Assembly (NCBI GenBank): GCA_002269645.1
Contig: NIVC01000488.1
Span: 1-62,342, forward strand
Origin: Macrostomum lignano
Taxonomy: Eukaryota
Direction of reading: 5' to 3'
Length of the DNA: 62,342 nt
In this document: positions 22,470 through 33,544 of the stretch, one piece after another
Position numbering within the stretch: position 1 is the first letter of the stretch
Layout of the letters: the number at the start of each line of letters is the position of its first letter
Position numbers and translations under genes: made by a program
Notes under the pieces: generated by a model
Seen by the model: only the letters and a program-made list of their open reading frames with translations
Told to the model about the DNA's origin: nothing
Database searches by the model: none

Positions 22470-23000
22470 TGTTATCTCCTCTTTCTTCTTGTCTCTGTAA
22501 TCTATTCTCTATTCTCTTTCCTCTGTTCTAGCTCTACTCTCATATTTATTGTCTCTACTCTTGCATCTTTTATCTCTGCTCTTTCATCTTTCCTTTCTAC
22601 TCTTTCATCTCTCCTCTTTTCTCTCTGCTTGCTTATCTCTATAGATCTCTCCTTTCTCCACTCTCATCTCTCTACTCTCTCTACTCTCATTGCTACTCTC
22701 TTATCTTCTCTCTCCTTTCTACTCTCTCATCTCTGCATTCTATCTTTTCTCTACTTTCTCTTATCTATTCTCTCCTCTTCCCTCTCTGCTCTTTTCTATC
22801 TCTACTTTGTCCAATATACTTTCTCCTCTCTATCTTTCATCTCTGCTCTCTATTCTCTTCTATCTTTTCTCTACTTTCTTCTCTCTTATCTCATCTCTCT
22901 GATCTCTCCTTCTTCTCACCTCTATTCTCACTTCCCATTTTTCTCCACTTACTCTCTCCCTTTATTCTCTTCTCTCTCCTCTCAATAAAAATATCTACTC
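22470..23000. repeat. Degenerate CT-rich simple repeat
   Basis: Pyrimidine-only strand, CTCT/TCTA motifs. Confidence 0.85.
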
Positions 23001-24299
23001 TATAGAGATTAGCCAATAATTAAATAAACCAATAGTTTTTATGAGGATCTGCTAGGAAAAGTAAATATAAAGTTAAATGAATTTGTGTTTAGTTTTCTAT
23101 TCAAAAAATTCTAATTGCAAATCCGAAAATGTTCTAGAGAATAAAACAATTTAGAATGTTAGTTAAATCAACTTAGCTATTGAATTCATCATTTGCAAGA
23201 TTTTTTGGATGTCATTTTTATCTTTTATCATTTTTATCCGACTATCTTTTATAATAATTAAAAAACTCAATTCAATAGTGTTCTACTATAATTACAGCTA
23301 CGCCTATAGTTATGGGAAAATTTGGGATAGCACTTTTTTTAGCACAAATTTGGTTACAGATTGCAGCTATAGAGATCTTGCCAATTGGTAGCTATGGTTA
23401 TAGATTACGGAGATTTGGAGCACTATATATAATTTACTATAACAATAAAAATTAAATATAAAATTGAAATCAGGTAGAGTTGCTCACTTTACAAATAAGT
23501 TGCTTGCTTTGCAATAAAAGCTGCTTGCTTTGACTCACAAATGTTGATAATTGGTTTTTTATAAAAATATAAAAATTATCTTTTTGTAAAGAAATGTTAT
23601 TTTTATTTAAATTTTTCTATTTTTGGCTTAATAAATAGATACATTGCCAGCTATCTTATATAAAATGCATTTATATTTGTTGTACCAAACTAAATCTATT
23701 GGGGGGGCTAGGCCTATACTAAAATCTCTATAATCTAAATATACTAAATCTTTAATATTTGTTTGTATGTGTAACAGGTGTGTTTCTTGTGCACTGAGAA
23801 TCCTACTAAGTGCCACCAAGTTGTAACAGGCCTTTTGGCTCTCTCTGTAAATTCTACCACTGAGTCACCAAAGTTGTTACAGGTGTTTTACCTCCTACTT
23901 TATCAATTTTAACCGCTGATACCAAGTTGTACTAGGGGTGATTCTTTCTTCTTATATTGATTCTACAAAGTCACCAAAAGCTATCACAGGGCTAATTTAC
24001 TATTCTCTTAAATGTTCTTCTTAGGTTGGTAGCTGCCACCAAGATTATTCTATTAATAAATTATGAGTTTATCAATATTAGAATAATCTGAGAATATTTC
24101 TTAGAATAGGTCTGAGTATTTAGTCTGAGTATTAGTCTGAGTATTATTCTGAGTATTATTCTGAGTATCAGTCTGAGTATTATTCTGAGTAAAACTGTTA
24201 GCCCTGAAAGGTGTACTCTTCTGATTATTCTGGTAGCGTTCTATTATTCTAGTAGCATTCTACTTAATAATGGCCTGAGCGGTATTTTTGGCTTACTGG

Positions 24300-24700
24300 T
24301 ATATGTATTTCATGTACTTTGCAAGTCCTTGGGCATTACCGAGATCAGAGGGTCACAGCCTCCGTTATTCTTACACGTCTTACTTCAGATCTACTTCGCA
24401 ACTTCTTACTACTCAACACTTTCCTTCTTAGTAGTATATACGGTACATACCTCCATCTACTTCACTCTTATTTTTTAAAGGAATGAATACAGAAAACACT
24501 TCTTCAATTTTTATTTTCTCGGAACTTTTATTAACTGCTATTAATCGGTATGATTGCGAACCGCGATACGCGAGGTTGGTCTCTCTTCCGCCGAAAATGC
24601 TTCTATTTATACTAAAATTTGCTACAGTTTTAAACAAAAATTTGTTAGTGCAAAATATTATAGAAAATATGAGTATTAAAACAAAATATGTTTCTTAGTT
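24300..24700 (-). repeat. Dispersed repeat module, inverted homolog of about 37790-38050
   Basis: Shared TTTAGTA.AAATAGAA, GCGGA..A.AGACCAACCT and GTATATACTACT..GAAG blocks align by eye. Confidence 0.75.
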
Positions 24701-25399
24701 TTGGCGTGAATTCAAATTGACTAAATGGTGACTATTTTATAAAGAAATCGGGAGGGGCCCTGCACATATGTTTGCTTGCTTGTTACTAAATTTGAAGTTC
24801 TTGATTATTGCTTGATCTTGCTTTTACTTTGGCTTTATATTTTTGCTTTTCACTTTAGAAATAAGTTGTTTTTGTTAGGCTTAATTTAAAAGTATGGCTA
24901 GGCCTAGGCAGGGCAGTGCAGAGCAAGTGCAGGTTAGGCCTGGGGCAGGGCAAGGGCAGGTAGGGCTACTGGCTAGGTAAGGGACAGGGTGGGTAGTTGG
25001 TAGAGAGTAGCAAAAGTGGTTGACTGACTTGCCATTGTCAAGTAGGTGTCTAGTATATACTCGTTTTTTGGGCAAAATTTTAGATGTATACCAAGTATAC
25101 CAAATATTGAAAATGTGACTTTGTCATATATGCTAAATTTTCAGTTGCACTGCAACAATCAAGGACCTTTTTACATTTTGCCAATTATACCAATCAAGGT
25201 TCATTTTTTATTATTACATTGTTTTCTATATAGATGTTTACATATAAATTATAAAATAACAAAATAAATTTCATGTCTATAGTATAACTCCTTTATGACA
25301 ACTTGCCATCACAAAAGTTCCTATACCTAAATTCTTTAAAGTAACACTATCACATTCAATTACTATATTTATTTTTTATTTACTTAGGTTATCCACACT

Positions 25400-25940
25400 C
25401 TAGATTATATAATATATCCCCATAAACTATTTTATAAAGATTTCTATTTCATAAACTAAAGAGTGCCTGAATTTAGTTGTGCACAGTTGGCATGCATCAT
25501 TCTGAAGAAAATAGTAAGTGTGCACACATGGTATGCACTTTCTAGAATCACATGGAAGAGTTAGTTTTAATGGAAAAAAAGATATAAAATATTTATTTTT
25601 AGTGTAAATTTTAACTTTCCAGCTTTTAAGCTTCTTAATAATGTATTGAAACAAAAGTTTGTGCAATTTTCATATTGATATCAATTTTCCATTGTAAATA
25701 GTAGTTTAAGACAATAAAGATAAATAATCAACCAAATTATCAACCAAAAAGGGTCCCTTTATGCAATGCAAAAAGGTCATTTATTGTTGCAACATTAGCT
25801 TAGATTTTTAGAGTGGGGGCATGTACTAAATTTTTTTCTGGCATAGATTTCTAACTCTTCTCTTGTTTAGATGTGCACCTAGCATGATCCAGACTAGGTT
25901 ATGGCTAGTCACCTCATAATAAACTACTTTTTTCTTTAAA
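25400..25940 (+). repeat. Dispersed repeat module, direct homolog of about 37140-37640
   Basis: Shared GCACAGTT.GCATGCATCA.TC..AAGAAAATAGTA, AGTGTAAATTT and AAAAGGTCATTTATTGTTGCAACATT.GC blocks. Confidence 0.8.
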
Positions 25941-26690
25941 ATGTTCTGTTACAAAAACTGGAGGAGACTTGCACCTATCTTCAAATAGCTTTGTATACCA
26001 CTTTTTGTATGCCAAATACAACTTTTTAAGATTCAAGCATGCTAGTCACTATGAAAGACTAATCCTTGCTAGAAAATTTTGGCATATAGGATACTTTCCT
26101 GATTATGGCTGACATGCTAGAGGAGCTAAGCCATGTTGTACATTTGTTGGCCAATATTGCAATATGGCCATAGTCTAGATCATGTTGAATGCCTACCAGA
26201 ATGCCTTTCAACAAAATTTACAAATTCATGCCTATGCCAATCCCCAAAGTTTATATGCTAATAGACTTTGGTATTGTAAGAAAATTTGGACCATGGAAGA
26301 GGCTAGCAAAGGTCTGATATAATTTATTCAAATGGAATAAAAATAGTAAATAATTTTTATATAATTAATGGATATCTAGATCTAAAAAAAGCACAAATAA
26401 TCATATATGCTATATATGTAGACTAGCATGCTGTGAGTCTATAACATGCATACTATAAGGCAATTCCCAATTGTGCGTGTTGACAACTATACATTTTTTC
26501 ATTTACACACCAAGCTCACTAAGGTTTTAGAATATATGCTAGAAAATTTTAGCATGCACTATCATACATGCGCAACCTCCAAAATTCTGTCGGCCATGCG
26601 ACATAGTTTTAACAAAAATGCGACATAGTTTTTGGCCAAAAATGCAACTTACATGTAAAAAAACCCTTATGCAAAATTAACGCAACTTTA

Positions 26691-26753
26691 GGTAAACGGC
26701 AGGAGTAACTATGACTGTCTTATTAAGTCAAAATGCCTCGTCAGCTACTTAGT
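26691..26753 (+). pseudogene. 28S rRNA fragment (H69-H71 region) with substituted R2/I-PpoI site
   Basis: GGTAAACGGCAGGAGTAACTATGACTGTCTTATTAAGTCAAAATGCCTCGTCAGCTACTTAGT is colinear with conserved LSU GGTAAACGGCGGGAGTAACTATGACTCTCTTAAGGTAGCCAAATGCCTCGTCATCTAATTAGT: 52 of 63 identical by hand. Confidence 0.85.
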
Positions 26754-26776
26754 ACTACTACTTTGGTATTTTTTCA

Positions 26777-26999
26777 GGTGGGCATTTTGCGACTTCCTTG
26801 GTTGGCCACCAAATCAGTCGGCCGGATCGGCCGACTCGGCCGACTGTTGCGCATGTATGTGCACTATGTCTTTTAGAATATAAGATTTCGGGTGGGCATT
26901 TTGCGACTTCCTTGGTTGGCCACCAAATCAGTCGGCCGGATCGGCCGACTCGGCCGACTGTTGCGCATGTATGTGCACTATGTCTTTTAGAATATAAGA
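26777..26999. repeat. Tandem duplication (114-bp period, 2 copies) of a CpG-rich, hairpin-rich unit
   Basis: GGTGGGCATTTTGCGAC...AGAATATAAGA starts at 26777 and 26891. Confidence 0.95.
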
Positions 27000-27357
27000 A
27001 TATAGATCTCATTGAAAATTACTAAATGATTGAATTGGACCTTGGGATAAAAATTCTGACTTTTTCTAGGCATTTATTGCGGATTTTGTCAGTTTTGGTT
27101 AATCAAGGCATTGGGACAGAAAGTTTTTTATATTTTGGGGCTTATGTGCCATGATCCTAACTAGTAAATAATTCATTTAAATTAAACTAAACTAACAACT
27201 TTAGATAGATTTACTTATTCTTGGAATAAATAATATAATATAATAATATAGTAAAATATGCTTTAGATTGCTTAGTGCTTTAAAATGATTATATTAAATG
27301 CTTTTTGAATTTTTCCTCACTTGGCATTTATTAAATATATCCCTTTAGGCTATAGAG

Positions 27358-27857
27358 CAGGGGTCGGCAAACTGCGGCCCGCGGGCCAGATCCGGCCTGC
27401 GTCATCTTCAAGTCCGGCCCGCAGCACTCTTACTATCTAACAATGTAAAAGTGGCCCGCGAACCAATTTTGTGTTGAAACATTCAACTTTTCAAGCAAAA
27501 TTAGCTTTCACCTCGGCATTCCTATCACAATACTGTGTCAATTTCAATTGTGATGTTGTTGGTTGTATTTGGTCTATCATATAAAATTGGTGGCTATCCT
27601 TTAGTAGAATCGTTTGTTAAATTAATTTTTGATTGAATTCGATTTCTATCTATTTTTAGAGTCCAAAAATATGAAACAAGTGAACAATCTAACAGTTTAC
27701 AATTAAATGTACTGGCAGCTAAATTGTTTGTTATAGTTAATTGCCGCATCACGACACGAAGGTACTACTTTGTGTGCATTGTTGTGCATTTTTTTGGCCC
27801 GCCACCTCAGCCAGTCATCCAATCCGGCCTGCACTGAAAAAAGTTAGCCGACCCCTG
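27358..27857. mobile_element. 500-bp hAT (Charlie/SPIN-like) MITE
   Basis: TIRs CAGGGGTCGGCAAAC / GTTAGCCGACCCCTG, subterminal GGCCCGC motifs, and a perfect 8-bp TSD CTATAGAG (27350-27357 and 27858-27865). Confidence 0.93.
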
Positions 27858-28350
27858 CTATAGAGTATAGAAACTAATAGACACTTTTATAACACTCATC
27901 ACTGATCAATGAAAATTCATCAATTTTCACTCATTAGAACTGGTGCAAATTCAAATAAAATTAATTTTCCAAATGAAACTATACTCTGAGGCCTTTGGCT
28001 AAGACTCCACAGCAGTTAGGAACCTTGTTAACTAGGTTGATATAAATATAAATAAACTTTTTTAACTCTATTTTGTTTCTCTATTTCCTATGCCAATATG
28101 CATTAGCAATACATGTCTTATAATAATTTTAAATTTTATTATCTTTGTATTGAAAACTAATTTATAACTAAGTCAGAGGCAGTTTGAAAATATACCAGCT
28201 GTACTACAAACTTGAAACTTGAACATTAACTGATATTTTGCTATCTATTTGAATTTTCTACTTTGATATTACTGCTACTCTACTATCAGTAGTATGCACG
28301 AAATATAACTTCAATTATTTATTTCACATGTTAGCTTTCAGATTTGTGTG

Positions 28351-29776
28351 ATGGCTGGCAGCAGCAGCGACACTAGAGTAGACATCAAGGTTGTGTTGCT
28401 AGGCAAAGAGTATGTTGGCAAGACTGCCTTAGTTGAAAGATTTCTACATGAACGATTTGTTACTGGGCACACCTATCAGAGCACCATTGGGGCAGCCTAT
28501 GGTTCTAGGCGAATTAATACCAGCAATAATTTGCCTGTAGTGTTGGGCATCTGGGACACGGCGGGCTCTGAGCGGTACGAGTCTATGGCCAGAATCTACT
28601 ATCGAGGCGCTGGGGCGGCCGTCATCTGCTACGACATCACGGATGCTGTTAGCCTTGAACGGGCCAAATTCTGGACTAGGGAGTTGCAAAAATACGAGGA
28701 TCGTTGCAAACTGTACTTTTGCGGATGTAAACGCGACTTAGCTGAGGCTGACCCAACCTGCAGGCAGGTGGGCGAGGAGGAAGTTGTCGTATTTGCTGAA
28801 AGTGAGGCTTTTCACGCATTTTTCATGACACTTTGTGCTCCAGTATCTGAGTGTGTTCTCGATTTTATTCTATATAAGTGTGCTCAACCTCAATCCGAGT
28901 GTGCTCAACCTCAATCCTAGTGTACTCAACCTCAAATCTGAGTGTGCTCAACATCAAATCTGAGTGTGCTCAACTTCAGAGTGTGATCAACCTCACTCTG
29001 ATTGTGCTCAACCCCATTTGAGTGTGCTCAACCTGAATCCGAGTGTTCTCAACCTCAATCTCAGTGTAGTCAACCTCAATTTGAATGTGCTAAAACTCAA
29101 TCTGAGTGTGCTCAACCTCAATCTTAGCGTGCTCAACCTCAATCTTAGCGTGCTCAACCCCAATTTGAGTGTGCTCAACCTGAATCCGAGTGTTCTCAAC
29201 CTCAATCTCAGTGTGCTCAACCTCGAATCTAAGTGTGCTCAACCTCAATCTCAGTGTGCTCAACCTCAATCTCAGTGTGCTCAACCTCAAATCTAAGTGT
29301 GCTCAACCTCAATCTCAGTGTGCTCAACCTCGAATCTAAGTGTGCTTAACCCCAATTTGAGTGTGCTCAACCTGAATCCGAGTGTTCTCAACCTCAATCT
29401 CAGTGTGCTCAACCTCAATCCTAGTGTACTCATCCTCAAATCTGAGTGTGCTCAATCTCCCATCTGGGTGTGCTCAAACTAAATCTGAGAGTGCTCAACC
29501 TCGCCGCTTTTCACCATCCATAAAGGCATCGGCGGTCGAGCATTCGAAACGTCGAGCAAAACAGGGGAGAACATCGACCGGCTGTTCCGTCAGATCGCGG
29601 ATGATTTCTCCGCCGAGCCGAGCTTGTTGAGCAACACCTTCGGCGGCAGCGTCGGGACTGCAGGACCGGCCAACTCTGGTCACTCGTTCTCCTTGCACCG
29701 AGGCGGCGGTAGCAACAGAATTGGCGGAGCCCGAGGCGGAACCGGCGGGTCTTCCAGATGCCCCTGTTCGAACTGA
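28351..29776 (+). CDS. RAB24: Ras-related protein Rab24, 2 coding exons, 233 aa
   Basis: Exons 28351-28801 and 29526-29776. KVVLLGKEYVGKTALVERF, YQSTIGAAY, WDTAGSERY (Rab24-typical S in place of Q), YYRGA, CKRDL and ETSSKTG; C-terminus RCPCSN. Confidence 0.92.
28880..29500. repeat. Intronic (GTGTGCTCAACCTCAATCT)n minisatellite
   Basis: Fills the Rab24 intron. Confidence 0.95.
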
Positions 29777-29924
29777 TGCCGATCGTGTTGAGATATTGGT
29801 CGCTCTCTGCAAAGTAGATTACTCTCATGTCCTGAGCCTTTCCTAATGTCTGCTGATATTTTCCAACATCAACGTGCATAATAAATAAATCAATTGTTTG
29901 TTTGCTTTTTAACTGTGGTTAAAA

Positions 29925-30660
29925 TTTTTTTGGCGCCAACTCTCCCAAATCCCAATTTTTTGGCGCTAACTCTCCCAAATCTCAAAAGTTTGGCGCCAAA
30001 TCATCTAAATCCCAAGAGATTATCGCCAAATATCCCATATCCCATAGTTATGACGCCAAGTCTCCCAAATTCCAAAATCTTGGCGCCAACTCTCCCAAAT
30101 CCCAAAAGTTAGGCGCCAAATCTCCCAAATGCTAAAATTTTGGCGCCAAATCTCCCAAATCCTAAATTTCGGCGCTGAATCTCCTAAATCCCAAAAGTTT
30201 AGCGCCCAATCTCCTAAATCCTAAAAGTTTAGCGCCGAAACTCCTAAATCCCAAAATTTTGGCGCCAAATCTCCCAAATCTTGAAAGTTAGGCGCCAAAT
30301 CTCCCATATCCCATAGTTATGACGCCAAGTCTCCCAAATTCCAAAATCTTGGCGCCAACTCTCCCAAATCCCAAAAGTTAGGCGCCAAATCTCCCAAATG
30401 CTAAAATTTTGGCGCCAAATCTCCCAAATCCTAAAATTTCGGCGCTGAATCTCCTAAATCCCAAAAGTTTAGCGCCCAATCTCCTAAATCCTAAAAGTTT
30501 AGCGCCGAATCTCCTAAATCCCAAAATTTTGGCGCCAAATCTCCCAAATCTTGAAAGTTTGGCGCCAAATCTTCTAAGTCCCGAAATTTTGGCGCCAAAA
30601 TCTCCCAAATCCCAAATCCACATACTAAATTTCGGCACAATATATTAGTCTTTTGGCGCC
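29925..30660. repeat. 30-bp minisatellite with TTGGCGCCAAATCTCCCAAATC core, including a larger internal duplication
   Basis: Tandem units downstream of Rab24; a block near 30030-30290 recurs near 30300-30560. Confidence 0.9.
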
Positions 30661-31382
30661 ACTGCGTCAACAGACCTCATTCGAGCTTTGTTATACTTAT
30701 AGGATTCAGAGTGTGGCTTCTACCCTACCTTAAGCTTTCCCATTCATTCACTACATTGCAGACTTGACATTCAATAAGTGTCAATTGCAATATTCTGCTG
30801 TTGAGAATAAACTGCTCATATTTGTTTAATGCCCATTGAATTTTATGATCTTCTATCTGTAAGTCTTACTATTTTAGTAGTTTAATTTTTTTAAAATTTT
30901 CCACGGATTTGCACTGCAAGATTCGGTAGTCTGTTGCACACTGCATGTTCCTTGTATTTTTAATTTCGAAAGACGCTAATTTTGATCGATTACTATTTTG
31001 TTATAAGCTGTACTACTAAATTTGAATCATGCTACTTACAAAAAGTAGTCACATTTGCGCGCTGTCAAAAGTGTGCTGTTATGTGGTGCTAGACACGAGC
31101 TTCATTTTCGTAATTAACTCCTAAATTAGCTCGTGAATGCTAGTTATTGATTTTTAATTGAACACTGGCTTGCTTTTAAAGGTATTGCTTGTGTACAGTT
31201 ATAGATTGTTACTTGTTGAAACAAAAATTAAGAGTTCTTATTCTGATTTGACTCCAATTGGCCCAAATGATTTTGATGTGCCTTGCAATTTATTTTTTTT
31301 ATTCCTCATCTTGCAGAAGACTGTGCTGTATTAGAGAGGCGCGATAAAGGGAGACGGCGAGACTGGATGGAGAGGGTGACAC

Positions 31383-31543
<161 letters not shown>

Positions 31544-32337
31544 AAACTGGAGAAAGTGAGGCTGGAGGGAGAGGATGAGGCTGAGGGGAGAGTGTGAGGC
31601 TGATAGGAGAGGGTGATACTGCAGAGAGAGGGTGAGGCTGGAGTGAGAAGATGAATCAGGCTAAGATATGTGGCGGGATTAATCCATGAGACAGTCAAAA
31701 TCAGTTGAGACAGTCGTGTGACAATTGAGACACTGTGGAGACGCGGAGTCTCCTAAAGCAAAGCTTTTCCCATTTTCCATCTCTGTCAAGCACGGACGGG
31801 ATTACCAATGCCAAGTGCCTGGGAGATCCTGCATGCCAGGGAATTGGCAGCAGTGAAGTGCAGCTGCAGCCTACAGCTGACTGAGTTATTGCAGGCAGAC
31901 AGTGGGGAAACATCCTGGAGACGGGACTCAAGCGTGCAAGGTTGAAGGCTTCAGCTATTTACAGAGTGAAGCTGCTACAACAATGGCGTGTAACTGAGTG
32001 CTTTGAAAATTAGAGGCCTAACTATGTAAGCTGAGTGAGTCTATGTATATAATGGGGAGCTTTGGTTTGCTTTGAGGAGGCGCTCTTGACAAAGCCAAGT
32101 CCCCGCGAAAAGTCCGCTGCACGCGCGCAGGGATAAATTATTCATTCGAGTAGTCTGCTGCTATAGTTTCCCCCGTAGTTGGTTCATTTTAAATTCTAAA
32201 CTGCCCGCGCGTGCACAGCCCATTTAACTCCTAAAATCTGCATCCGCGCGATGACGCAAAACTTTTGGTAGTTTGGGCTTAAATAATGGCGTCGCATGCG
32301 GAACTGAGCGCAGTTTAAACGGAGCGAACCAGAGACC

Positions 32338-33345
32338 ATGCGAGCCCCCGACATGCCAGCTGCAGAGGAGCAGCGGCCAGAGCTCTCCTACTCACTGGAG
32401 GCCAACTGCTGCGCCAGAACGAATCTGCACAGAAGGCCAAAGAAGACCAAATTGGGGTCTGCCGCTGCCGCTGCTGCTCGACGGCCCGCCACAGCCACTG
32501 CTGCTCAAACAGTCAAGCAGATGCCGAGTTCAGCAACGCAGGTGTCCAAGCCGCCTCCGAAGCAGCAGCAGCAGACGCAGCATCCGCGAGTGCTGAAACC
32601 GCGTCAGGCGCTGCTGCGACTGGAGCGTCGTCTGTCGCGCCGTCCAGATCCCGAGGCGGACGCCTTCGCCACTCCGTGGGCACTCAGGCAGCGAGCGCGA
32701 GCTCTGGACTCCCTCCTGGCGCCGTCGTCCTTCAGCACAGCTGGGAGCCGCGCCTCATCGGCAGGCAGCTGTCAGCTGTACGGCGTCTGGGAGCGCGTGC
32801 CGATGGGGTCAGCGACGTCTGCAGCTGTCGAAGAACCGGCAACGACATCCGCGATCTCTTCGATGGCTGCCGTTTCAGTTTCAGTTGCTTCGACAGCGAC
32901 TCGGTGTCGAACTGCCGTTGCAAGAACAACGCCAGCCGCTTCTGCTGCAGTCTGTCGCAGCGTCGCTGAAGGCCCAGCTCCGGCTGCTGAAGGCAGTCGC
33001 AACCAACGCGAATGTCGGCCGGCAACAAGTTTCCATCCCAACCGCCGAGGCAGGCCGGTGATCGCTTTGGTCGACTTTGTTGCGTCCGCTGCGGTCCGAG
33101 TGAAGAACTTCAGCTTCCCTGCTGAGTCACCTCCAGCAGCTGCAACCTCTGCCTCGACGCGACCACAGGAGCAACAGCAGCAGCAGACTTCGCTGCGCCC
33201 AGTACGTCGACCGGCGAGCTTCGACCGATGCTGGGTGTCCGCGCCCGCTGCCGCCGCGGATTCTGGAGAGACGCCGTCTTCTTCAAGGTTGCCGCGGCAC
33301 CAGAGACTGGCAGCGACTCTGGCTATCAACAGTTTGAAATCTTAG
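32338..33345 (+). CDS. Uncharacterised Ala/Ser/Arg/Pro-rich protein (orphan, 335 aa)
   Basis: 1-kb GC-rich, non-repetitive ORF in AT-rich surroundings, preceded by a CpG-rich segment (32100-32330). No recognisable domain. Confidence 0.5.
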   Translation: MRAPDMPAAEEQRPELSYSLEANCCARTNLHRRPKKTKLGSAAAAAARRPATATAAQTVKQMPSSATQVSKPPPKQQQQTQHPRVLKPRQALLRLERRLSRRPDPEADAFATPWALRQRARALDSLLAPSSFSTAGSRASSAGSCQLYGVWERVPMGSATSAAVEEPATTSAISSMAAVSVSVASTATRCRTAVARTTPAASAAVCRSVAEGPAPAAEGSRNQRECRPATSFHPNRRGRPVIALVDFVASAAVRVKNFSFPAESPPAAATSASTRPQEQQQQQTSLRPVRRPASFDRCWVSAPAAAADSGETPSSSRLPRHQRLAATLAINSLKS

Positions 33346-33483
33346 GACTTTCGGTTTTAAATCAATCATGCATCTGGCTATCAACAGTTTGAAATCTTAG
33401 GACTTTCGGTTTTAAATCAATCATGCATCTGGCTATCAACAGTTTGAAATCTTAGGACTTTCGGTTTTAAATCAATCATGCAT
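33319..33483. repeat. Exact 55-bp triplication spanning the ORF stop codon
   Basis: CTGGCTATCAACAGTTTGAAATCTTAGGACTTTCGGTTTTAAATCAATCATGCAT starts at 33319, 33374 and 33429. Confidence 0.97.
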
Positions 33484-33544
33484 CGATCCGGTTAATTGAG
33501 CTGCGGCAACATCACCTTGCATGAACAGTCTCGTTCCTCAATTC

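Larger units (their letters stand above)
21888..26780. mobile_element. Putative non-autonomous foldback element with diverged inverted arms containing 28S rRNA-derived sequence
   Basis: Arms 21888-21996 and 26633-26780 align in inverted orientation (CCAAAAATGCAACTTA..TGTAAAA - GGTAAAC.GC..GAGTAAC - AAATGCCTCGTCA.CTA.TTAG - GTATTTTT..GGTG). Ends CACC...GGTG; no TSD or transposase ORF seen. Confidence 0.55.

Noticed and set aside
26691-26753. Functional rRNA gene, R2 insertion junction or snoRNA guide
   Set aside because: Only about 60 nt of LSU sequence. Both sides of the R2 site are present with no element between them, and no C/D or H/ACA boxes are correctly placed.
26777-26890. HDV-like ribozyme next to the 28S/R2 site
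   Set aside because: P1-like (GGTGG/CCACC), P3/L3-like (GAC-TTCCTTG-GTT) and P4-like hairpins occur in the right order. However, the G residues needed for P1.1 are absent (AAATC follows P1) and no convincing P2 or J4/2 can be formed.
31770-31860. ELM2-like peptide SVKHGRDYQCQVP
   Set aside because: Short match in a frame closed by nearby stops; no supporting exon structure.
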